A stretch of DNA of 64,000 bases from Podarcis filfolensis (taxonomy: Eukaryota). Below are positions 34,001-45,700 of this stretch, piece after piece. The position numbers were made by a program, and so were the translations under genes. Where the stretch lies: the NCBI GenBank assembly GCA_964270895.1, contig OZ185442.1; one strand, written 5' to 3'. Numbering within the stretch: position 1 is the stretch's first letter; each line of letters begins with the position of its first letter. The notes beneath the pieces are model-generated. The model worked only from the letters and a program-made list of their open reading frames with translations. It was not told where the DNA came from and did no database searches.

Positions 34001-36728
34001 TACCTCCTAAACATTTATCTGCACCCTATCCCACACCTCTTGTCATTTAAGTGGATCAGCAAAATTGTGGGGTCATGACAGAGGCACTGACTTTTTTTTC
34101 CCTCTTGCAGGATTGGCTGGTTTTGCTAGGCTCTGTGCCGGAGACCAATATGAGGTTTGTGACTTAGAGATGGGCTCAGAACATGTGGAGAGGGAGGGGC
34201 TTGGGTCCTGGAAACTAGATGAACTGGAGTTGACCGAACAGCTTGTTGGAGGAGAATCTGGTTCCCCAGCACTGATTGCATTAGCTCTTGTCCAGCTCTG
34301 ATAGGATGCACACCTTGTTTCATGTCCATCCAGTTGATCTGAACTCTCTTATTCCTTGTGGCAGATCTTCATGAGATACGGGCGCCAGCGGTGGAAGCTG
34401 CGGGGCCGCATTGAGGCAAACAGCAAGCAAGTGTGGGACAGTGAGGAGATGATCTTCCTGCCCCTCATTACAGAGTTCCTGTCCATCAAGGTATCTGGTG
34501 CCACTCTGGGCAGCTGGCCCCTGTCACAGGAAAGACAATTCATTTCCTAGGCTTACTGGGCCTCAACTCTTCCTTCTCCTCCCAGGTAACAGAGCTGAAG
34601 AGCTTGGCCAGTCATGTGGTGGTGGGGAACGTCTCTTGTGAAACCAAGGACCTGTTTGCAGCACTGCCCCAGGTCGTGGCAGTAGATATCAATGACCTGG
34701 GCACCATCAAGCTGAGCCTGGAGGTTAATTGGAAGTGAGTTATTCTCTTGAGGCTTGTTGAGTTTCTCTGTTGTGGAGCTGTGTTAGAAATGTTCTTGGG
34801 TGAGGAAGGTTGTGATCTTACAGAACCTGAAGGGAAGGGGCCTGATAAGTGAGGGAACTGGGACCATGGTACTATAGATCCTCCTTCCCCAGCTTAGTGC
34901 CCTCCAGGTGTTTTGAACTACAACTCCCAACAGCCCATGGCAAGTATAGCGTGCTGACTGGGACCAATGCGATCTGTGGTCCAAAACTTCTGGAAGGCTG
35001 CTCTGGATGGTGACTCCCCAAGAGGATTTAATAATGTGTGACCCTCCCTTTCTCTTCTTACATCAGTGTACAGGAGGGGTGGTTCACTTTTCTCTCTGAG
35101 CACTCTGCTTTCTTTTCACCAGCCCCTTTGACAAAGAGGACCAACCATCATCTGCTAGCACCGTGACAAAGACATCTACAGTCAACAAGAGATTTTCCAC
35201 GTACAACCAGAGCCCACCTGATACACCATCTATGCGTGAACAGGCTTTTTATGTGAGTGCAAAGGAAAAAACCTGGAAGGGAATCAAAACCCACACTCCT
35301 GGTCCTAGTTGGGAGAACTGTAGCTTTCCTAAGTCCCACCAACTAAGTTTGTGGCTAAGATGTGGCTAAAAATCAGCAGCCTCCTGGATCGCAGCTCAGA
35401 CTTTTAGCCACAATGCTATATGAGATGGAGAGATCTTCAGAGCAAGTCCTACTTTGAACGTATTGCATTAAGGCATGCGGGAGAAGTGGAGGGGTCAACA
35501 CTTGTTCTCAGTACAAGAAACCTTAGTTTGTCAAGTCAAGACTTTTGCATCTGAACCAGGCCTCTGTCTTGAGCTGAAGAAGTTGAGGAAATTAGTACAG
35601 GAAAGGAGAGGACAACATCTGGTTGATAGGAGAAATGTCAGATTATTTTTTTTTTAAAAAAATGCATTTATATCCCAGCATTTCCTCCAAGGAGCTCAAG
35701 GTGATGTGCATCATTCTCTCCCTCCTCATTTAATCCCCACAAGAACCCTGTGAGGCAGATTAGGCTGAGAGGCAGTGATCTGCCCAAGGTCACCCAGCGA
35801 GCATCATGGCTGAGCGGGGATTGGACCCCAGGTCTTTCAGGTCCCAGTCTGAGACTCTAGTACCCTCACACTGGCAGATTGATCAGTTATGGAAAGCAGA
35901 GTGGTCCTGATTGCCAGGGAGAAGCACCGGCAGATTGTCTGTAAGGCAAGTGAGTCTCATGTTGTAATGGAGCTAAGCCCTTGGTGCTGACCGTTGCCTC
36001 TTTCTCCGCTCAAGAGCCTGCCACGGGAGGCTCCCCACAAGCACAGGTGGGCCTTGTTGGACATCTTCCGGGAGACTTTCCTAGAGAGGCTGCCGCGGAG
36101 CTGCTCATGCAGCGACGTCTCCTCAGTGCAGCTCGGCACAAGGGCACCTCGGGGCTGTGTAAGTGCTGGCCCTCTAGCTTAGCCTAGTCACCTGATGTAG
36201 ATGTAGCTGTGCTCTGTCTCCCGTGTGCTAGTCTGTGGTTCCTGTTTCAAGGCCTGAATCAGAGCTGTGAATAAGGCAAGTGGATTCACTGCAGAATCTT
36301 GCCTGTCCCTCTGCCGCTTTGCAGTAGTGAGCAGTGGACTTCCCCTGTCTTCCCAGATTGTGGTGTTTTGTGGCGATTGTGTGCTTACTTGCTGCTGCCC
36401 CTGAAGGCAGGGTGCGGATCATACAGGCTTTTGTCTCCTGCTTTTTATAGTAGTAAATTTCTTCCTCACACCAGTTTGCCTTCTGTAATATACCAGCCTT
36501 CTATGTGCTGCCCATATTCATCATATGGCTGCCTTCTGGTGGATTTGGTGGCTGAGGAAGAGCTGCCTCCCTGTAGGCCAGGACTTGAGGAACCTTTGAC
36601 CTTCCAGTTGATGATGATGAACTCCAACTCTCATCATCCCCAGCCAGCATTGCAAATGGTAAATTATGATGGGAGTTGAACATGTGGAGGATGACAGGTT
36701 TCCCCTCCCTGCTCTAGGCCTCCCAAGC

Positions 36729-36775
<47 letters not shown>

Positions 36776-39700
36776 GGCTGTAGCTCAGTGGTAATTCAGA
36801 TGCTTTGCCCAGAGAATGTACCAGGTTCAATTCCTTGCAGCTCCAGGTACAGCTGGGAATGTCCCTTATCCCTGGCAAGATGCTATCAGTAAGTGTAGAC
36901 AATACTGAGCTAGATGGACTATTGGTCTGACTCAGCATGAGGTGGCTTCCCGTGGTCCTCTGTGTAATTTGTGGTATTTCCAAACTGGAGCAGGTATCTC
37001 AAGAAAGGAGGAAATGTAACCTTCAGGGAATTGTGCAACATTCCTTCGTCTGGGGTGCTACCTGAAATAAACAGTGATTTCCTCCTTGTCTGCCACAAAG
37101 ATTAGCAGAGAATTGGCATATAATTTGCCATGTGATTTGTCACATGTGGCTCAGTGCTGGGGCCTGGCAAACAAACAAATCACTCGTGTGTCTCATCTTG
37201 GCTGCAATTCCTGCCCTTATCCATGGGTGGTGGATGTATAGAGGAGTGGTGGAAGCTGTGTAAAGAAGCACAAAGGGCTTTGAATAGAAAGGGTTGGGCT
37301 GGAGGGCTGGAAGCCAATATCCCTCCAAGCAGCCTGTTAGAGAATGGTTAGGGGCTGAAATGTTTCTCAGGTGCCTTGCCATCTTGTCGAGGGCACCTTG
37401 AGTTGTCACAGCAAGCCAAGAACAGGACAGCTAGGAATGATGGCCCTCCTGGCCAGTTCTGGATCCAACCCCACTTGCAAGGGAGGTTGATTTAACTGCC
37501 CACAAGTAGCTGGGCTGCTGCCCTGGAGTCTTGTCTCCAAGACTGTTGAGACTTGAAGCAGACTGCTTTTGTCTGGAAAGGATGCAGCATCACACAACCT
37601 GGGCAATCTGTCTTCTCCAGTGGGGAGCCGAGTCGCAAAATGATGACCAACATTTTGCACTTCCTGCTCCTACCAAAGTCTCTGATATCCAGCATCTTTC
37701 CACCCAAAGGGCACAATCTCCCAAGTGTCTGTTGCTGGCCAAGTGAAGAGAGTGGGAGCTCAGTTGCAGCCTGGTATAACAATGGAGCTTATCATGGGGG
37801 TCAAGGGGCACAAATAAGGAAACTTCAGTGAGCCTGAAGAGTAAAGGAGTGGGGTGGGGGGTGGAAGGAAGTGATGGTGTTATGCAGGGGTGTAGGCAGT
37901 GATAGATGTTTCCATGCTTGCACACATGCACTATGCTCAATGCATCCCTCGTGTCTCATCTATGGTGCATTCTTTCCAGAACATGTTGCGGCAGCAGGAG
38001 GAGCTTGAGAACGGGGCAGCCTGGTCCATCTCTTCAGAGTCTTCGGATGATTCCTCTAGCCCACAGCTGTCTGGAAGTGCCCGCCATACACTGCCCAGGC
38101 CTATTGTGCAACCTGCAGTACAGGCAACTCCGCCTGCCATAGAAATTGCCTTTACGCAACCCGAGGACAAAGAGCCACCAGCCGTTCGCGAGGAGGTGGC
38201 TGTGGCTAACGGACATGTGCCCTATGCTCGGACACTTAGTCAGATCAGCGAGGCTAGTGTGGACCTGCCATTGGCAGAGGAAAAGGAGTGCACTGTCCCC
38301 AGAGACTCCAGTCCCAGGGACCTGCCTCCACTGGAAACGAACTCTTTGCCCCAAAGTGCAGGTTCAGTGCTGGACACTCAGATCATAGAGGCTGGAGAAC
38401 AGGAGATTGAGCCTGATGGGGCCACTCCCACTGTAGAAGGGACTGAGGACACAGCCTCCCAAGCCCAAGAGGTTGAACAGCCCAAGCTTTCATTGAGCCT
38501 GCCGGTCCCAAAGGAGCTTCAGCCAGTGGGACTCTTGGAGCCACCAAAGCCCAAGCCTGTGGACTGTGGGCTGGAGGAGGCCATCAACTCACTGGCCTCT
38601 GCTCTAGATGACTACCGAGGCCAGTTCCCTGAGCTACAGACCTTGGAACAGGAGCTCAAGCACCTAGAGGAGATTCTCTTGGTGAGTGAGAAGGGGGTGA
38701 AGAAGACCATGGCTGGGGGGAGGACAGCATCCTTGGATCTGTGTATATTTAGAGCTGTAATAAAATGTTTTAACCAAACTTTGCTGAATTCTGGAACTTG
38801 TGTGAATTGTGCAAACAAACCTCACTTTGTGCATATTTGCTTGTTGTTTGCATAATTTGTGCCAACCATAGGGAAGAACAAAAGAATAATTTGTTGGACC
38901 CCTGAAGCCTCGCTCCCTGACCACTGTAAATCCTTTCTAGTGTTCCCACCCTGTCTGGTGAAGTTACTGTTGCAGATACACATAAGCAGTTAACAAAATA
39001 GCAATATGTGTATATAACAAAAAGAAAACTGAGAAACTACAATGTAATATAATCCAATGCAATGTAATATAAAGCAGAGCTATAATACAGTATAATAAAA
39101 CAAGACACCCTCTCCCCCCCCCCCCCCCGGAAATGTAACAACAGTTTTTGAAGCACATTTAGAATCCGGGGTCCCCTCCTTTTACATCCTCTTGCTAAGG
39201 TGCATCCTGACTAACAGAATCCAACACTCAGCCCACAAACAGATACACATAGAAGCCAAATTCTGCCTTACATATAGAAGCAAAAAAAATATGGTATGTT
39301 CCTTCTTCCCAGCATCCTTAAGTGCAACCTGAAAGCTGCATGGCACCAGAGGAAAATGAGACTGAATGTTTGCCACCTCCTTCCACATTCCATCTGTGGA
39401 GATCAGATGGAGGTTCCCTGGCTTCACTCTCAGCCAAGTTTCTCCCTTTCTCCCCCACCCCTGGGCCAGCCAGCTTTGTTTACCATCTAGCCTGTTAAAG
39501 GGTTCTGGATGATAAAAGCTTGCACACAAGTTTTGTGACATTTTGGTTGTTCTGATAAAAGCTATTGCCCAAATATTGCTTTTGACATTTTTCTTATGCT
39601 TTTATACTTATGAGATTAGAAGATGTCCCCTCCCTACAACTTTCCCCTTAGAAATTGTTCAGAGTTTCTCACTTCTCGAAGCTACAGCGGCTGCAACCAC

Positions 39701-42700
39701 AGAAGCACAGGTGATCACAGCTTGATCTCATGGCCCAGAGTGTTTTGCTGGCAGACATAGGAAACAGCTGCCAGAGTGGACAAAGTGATACTTGTTTTCT
39801 TTCCCCTCATCCCACAGCAAAAGCAGGGTGTGTGCCTGAGCCGGGCCTCCAGCACCAGCCTGACGGTAGAGCATGCTCTGGAGAGTTTCAGCTTCCTCAA
39901 TGCTTCTGATACAGAAGATTCAGACGATGATGGGTGAGTGAGGCTGGGATAGGTTACTAGGGAACTCAGTGTAGGCTGCCAAAAGTTAAAGTGGGCATAA
40001 GCGGAACCCCAGCATGTTGGGATTCCGATCTGTATGAGAAGTGAGGACAAAGTAATATTCAGTTTTATAGCGAAAAGTGATTGGAGGCTTGCAATGCAAA
40101 GGGGCAAAATTAGAAAACCCCTCATCCCAAAATGATGAGGTGTTAACTGAAGAAGGTGTGGCCTTCCAGTTCCTGCTGGACTACAGCTGCCATCATCCCA
40201 GACCATTGGCTGCGCTGGCCAGAGCAGTTTGGAAACTGGAATGCAAGTACCTTTGGAGGGCCACAGGCTTCCCATTCCTGAACAACAGGAGCCTGCAAGC
40301 TTTTAACATTCTTGGCTAGCATGTGCCTGCCCTGGCGCTTCCTCACACTACTGAGGTTCTACAATTTTGTCCCAGGTGGTTATCCTGGAAGAGCATCTGT
40401 CTTCCAGGAACAAGGAATTCTGGGGAGGTCACCTTCTTCCTCTGTAGCAGCAAAAACAACAAATATACCAAGGCACCTTAAAATACTAACAGGTTTATTA
40501 TGGCACTAAAGTACACAAAGTGTTTCTCCCACAACACCCCTTTGTTTAACCATCTTTGATGAGATGACAAACTGCAAATTCTGGCTATTAAATAACAGCC
40601 TTACCGTAGCTTTAATCAGGTTGACCAGCTTCTGTATTCTCTAAAGGGCCTTGTCTTCTCCAGCTGTGGCCTAAAAGTATATTTTCTCTCACACTCTCCA
40701 AATCCATCATGGGCGGTCAAGTCCTCTGATAGCACTGGTGACCCTTAACATGGTAAAAGCTTCATAGGAGCATTGGAAGGTGCCTCACACAAAGTGAGAC
40801 CCTTGTTCCAAGTTGCTTTGTATTGTCTTTGCTGATTGGCAGCAGTTCTTCAGGAACCTCCTGTGTTCAAGTGCACCACAACTGAGCTGCAGCCTTTTCC
40901 TTCATAATGAACAAACTTCTGTATTCAGGCATAACCAGGAGCATTGTACAGAAAGTCCAATGTGGACGTAAAATGGGAATATATTCAGATTTTTCAAACC
41001 TATTCTTTTTTTTTATTTGTATGAATATTACTACTACTTTTTTGGAAAAAAACCTTGATTAAATGTGGGCCAGATAACACTGATTCATTGGCCTACCAAT
41101 TGGCAATGCAAGTTAGGATGAAACAGCCTACGGCTGTTGACTCTCCTCCAGTTTATTTGTGTATCCTCTCCCTGTACCAGAACTTGAAGGGAGCTCAGAG
41201 GTCTTTATCTCAGGATACTTGGTTTTTATAAACAGGCCCCCACAGTTCAGGGATAGTTTGGATTCTTAGTGGCTCCCTTGTCTGGCTGGGGCTCTGTGTT
41301 TGCTCCAGGCTAATGTCTCTGCTTGGCACGCTAAGAGACCCAGATGGACTTTTCCCACAGTGCCGATGCAGCTGCCGGAAATGAGCCTGGCCTGACAGGT
41401 GAATTCCAGCAGGCTGTGCTGCAACAGTGCCACTCAGCGGCCAGCCCTGGATATTGCCAGCAGGAATCTGTTCTCTTCCAGCCTCTGTAGAAAAGTAGAC
41501 CATTGCAAAAAGGGGAGTGTAAATGTCTTGGAGCACAAAGTGGATAAAAGTGTTCAGGAGTGCTCTGTTGAGACACTGGCAGTCGAAGTTGCAGTGCTCA
41601 CTCGACTAGATCCGCAACCCAGTTAAGGATATGATAACGGAAGAGGGTTTAAAATCAATGGATTGATTTGTGTTACTCCATTCAATTTGCATGTTGGGTA
41701 AACATTTGTGAGGCAAGAAGTATATGTTCTCATTTTCAGAAAAATCTTCTGCCAGATTAACGGGGAGACACCTTTTTCAGTTGATTAAAGTTTGTTATAT
41801 ATTTGATTTTGCCAGTTAATCCAAGTAGATATCACAGCCCTAATTCAGACCTGTTCAGGAGCTTTTTGGTGTTACATGGATGCTGGGACAAGCCGAATCA
41901 TACTTTCAATGCATTTCAATGTTCAGGGGTTGACAGAGTGAAGAAAGTTGGGCTTGCAAAGGACTGGATCCCTGCTAATATCTTCCCTGCTGGCTCTTTT
42001 CACAGGAAGGCTAGCAGTGCACAGCCTGCACCCCTGGGCAGGGTACCAGGACCCAGTGAGGCTGTTACTGAAGACACAGCTGGGTGCTTAAGCTCAGAGG
42101 GTGGCTCAGAGCCCATGAGCACTGGCAACGAGTTCCTCGACAGGGCCTTGGTCCTACACCTGAACCATTGCAATCGCTTGCTGCTGGTGAGTTCACAGTG
42201 AGGTTTCAGTGAAGAATTGGCTATGTCTTTCATTGTGCAAGATGATTGTCCTTGCATAAAAATGAAGATCAGGAGGGTTTGCAAGAGCTTAAAAAAAAAA
42301 AAAAGGAATAAAGCCAAATAAAAATACAATACAAATGCACATTTAAAAAAGCAGTACTATGAACAGATTTTTTTTTTTAAAAAAACACCCAACAGCCACC
42401 CACAATGAAAACCCTGCAAAGCCGTTTGAAGAAACATAAGAAATAGGTGCTAGGCAAAAACTTGGGGAAAGCATTGTATGGTTGGGGCTCCACAATGGAA
42501 AAAGGCTCTGATAACCAGCCAGCAGGAACACCTGGAGCAAGGCCCTGTTAGATTAGCTCAGTAGATAGGCAGGTTGATACCAAAGGAGGTCCTTCGATAA
42601 CACTGGTCCCAGGCCTTTTAGGGCTTCCTCATTCAAAACCAAGACTCTGAAATCTAGATGACGATGATGAACTACAATGCCCATCATTCCTGGCCATTGG

Positions 42701-45700
42701 CCATGTTGACTTGGGCTGATGGGAGTTGGTGCCCAACAACATCCAGAGTTGGTTCCCACCACTAGAGGGAACCTAAGACTTGGCCCTTACCTTGGAACTC
42801 CTCCTCCTCCTCGTCTTTTCTGACCATCCTGTCAGTCGGACATCACTCAAGTTGTTGAGTCCCAGCTTTGATGCCAGGCCTGCCCTTCTGTGTTGTTCTT
42901 GCACATGATACCTAACCAGGGGGGAGTAGCTACTTGTACTGGAGCCTTCCCTTAAAAGGGCTCCCCATATGCCCTGCACAGTATGAGCTGAGATTGACCA
43001 CCTCCACTAAGAATCTTTCCCACTTGTATCTGATTCCTAGAAACTGGGCACTTTTGGGCCCCTCCGCTGCCGGGAAATGTATGCACTCGACAGGCTGGCG
43101 AGGGAAGCACAAGTCCTGGAGATGGTCTGCCGCTTAGCAGAGGAGCGAGCAGGGACAGCCAGCTCTGCTGAGGAAGGTAAGGAAGAAAGAGGACAGATGT
43201 GGAATGAATCTGGGGTTAGCTACACCAGTACCGGAATTGGCACTTATTTGCAGGATACAGTGAGAAATAGAATCCAGGGAGGCGGAGTCAACTGTTCTTC
43301 TACAAAGGGTGTCTGCAAATATACAGCAAAGCATGCAGCCAGGCTGTTTGTCTTTCTTCCATAGGGTAAGGTTGGCTTCCTGCTGCCTTGTCTTTGTAAG
43401 ATACATTTATACCTGCAATAGTTGTTAGTTTTGCCCTTTCTCCCATGCTTTGTTTTTTATATTTAAAAAGTTTTTTAAAGCATTGTGTCTGCCTTTATTC
43501 AATGTAACATTCCCTGAACCCCTTTCTTTAAAAGAACAGTTTTTAAAGAGTTGTAAAACGAAATTGAGAATGGGGGAGGGAGGAGATGTTGACCTTACAG
43601 CTGCTAGCCAATCAGAGTTGTGCACAGCCACTTTCTGCAGACCTTTGCAATTTGAGCTCATCGTGCAAAGGAATGGGTACAGCTGACCATAAATATGGTG
43701 AGTGTACTTTTAGAGCATTGCTGACTGCTGTTTTCAATGTAAATTTGTATAGGATACTTTGCAGGGGAGGGAAAGAGAGACATTTGTGGAGCTTCTAAGA
43801 GTAAGACTGGTTCGGGGGGGATGTTCCTCCTGGTGTTATTACCATAACCAGAGGTCTAAGCTGTCTATGTTGTCTTTTTCTCCTCTCAGTGGTAGAGTTT
43901 TCTTCATGGAAGGAGGGAGTATTGCTCTTCTGGGACAACTGTGTGGTCATGCCTAATCTATACACCTGCCCTGTAGAAAAATTCCTGCAGACACTCAATT
44001 CCCAGTATGCGGCACGAATCAACGAACGCCAGCAAGGCCTGGCAGATCCAGGTGGGTGTGACTTTGGACGCAGGACAGTACTTACTATATGCTTTACTTC
44101 TCTCTCCACTGCCCCCAATTTCATCTTACAATCTGCAGTCTTTTTTATATTCTTTGCAATTCAAGCATGAACCTGCACATTGTGCACATCTATGCTTTAG
44201 CTAGTGATGTGGGATGGGCAAGGGGCTGATACCTTGACTGCTAGAAGTCCTCCTCAGTCCCATTCCAGCTTTGATATTCCATAGTATCATACAGTTGGAA
44301 GGTACCTTGGAAGCTATTTAATCCAACCCGAGTTTACCACTTCATAAGGCAAATTGTTCCACTGTTGCAATGTTTACTTTTAGGAAGTTTCTCCTAGCAC
44401 TTAGCTTAAATGTGTTTCCTTGCAATTTCCACCCATTAGTACTAGTCCTGCTCTCTGGAGCAACAGAAAACAAGGCTGTTCCATCTTCTCTGTCACAGCC
44501 CTTCAGATATTTGAAGACGGCTATCACGTCTTCCCTTAAGCACACCTGTGTCTTTCAGGCATTCCTCATTCCACTTGGTTCCCAGCTTTATGTTCCAGCA
44601 GGCATGGCTCATATTTCATGTTGTCAGGGGTCCAGATGCTTGGGATTTTTAAATGAATGAATCTGGGGGTTCCCCGAGTGCTGAATTCTGGGCCAAATAT
44701 CCATTCCTATGCTTGTGCAGTATGCTTCTTTTATGAGGAAGGTGGGTATGGTTAGAGGACAAGGGTCGTTTGTGATGCCCTAAAATTCACTTTCATAAAG
44801 GAGTGACTCCTAGGGAACCTTTGAGCCGTTCTTTGCCTTAGACTTAGTTCAGCATTTTTTGTATCGAGATATGTTAAAGACTGATTGTACTCCAAATAAC
44901 AGTATAACTGACCCATGATTTGTTTGTTGGAGTTGACTATGATTGAACTGTTGAGGGTGGTGGCAAAATGAGTGTAACTCAGAATGAACTCCTCAAAGCT
45001 TTATTCATATCCAAAGAGTGAAGCCACCCCAGAGCTTGTTCCCAGGGACTGTTCCCAAGTCCCTACCATACTCCAGTCCCATTCAGAAGCCTGGGTGTAG
45101 TTGTAAGACCCTTGTCATATGATTGGTACATCTACCAAGTATTTGGGAGCCACCTTGACGTGTTTTTTCCCCTGCCACAGTGTGTGTGAAGCTGGTGGAG
45201 GAGTTTCTGCAACGCAGACTGCCCAGGCGCCAGGGGAGCTGCCAGGCTGAGCAGATCACTGTTTTCCAATACTGGAGCCACTTTGAGGCTCTGCCTGTCT
45301 TGACGCTGGACTCTTACATCATGGAGTTGGCGGAGGAAGGTATGTTGTGTGACTTGTGAAGATTCATGGAGGGTTCCCACATGCATGTTGTGATGCCAGA
45401 TAGCAGCAACATCAAGTGAAGACTTGCACATGTGACCATACCTCTTGGCTCACATGCTACTTAAAGGGTTTGATCATCACCCTGCCCATCACAAGGGCAT
45501 TTTTTAGGGGAGGCTATTCCTTCTACCTATTAGAAGCCACATAAAGGGATTCTTACTAAATTTGTCCTTAAGTGACTCAGGAGTTAATGCCATTCGCTGG
45601 CATTGTAATTCCTGCTTGTAGTTCAAGCAGATGCAACTTGCATTTATTGGAAATGTCGCAAATTATGGAATACTTGAAGTTAGCAATGACCAGCGTACAA

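Noticed and set aside
34491-34498. Donor GTATCTGG resembling a U12-type 5' splice site
   Set aside because: The U12 consensus is GTATCCTT, and no U12 branch point (TCCTTAAC) precedes the acceptor; treated as U2-type.
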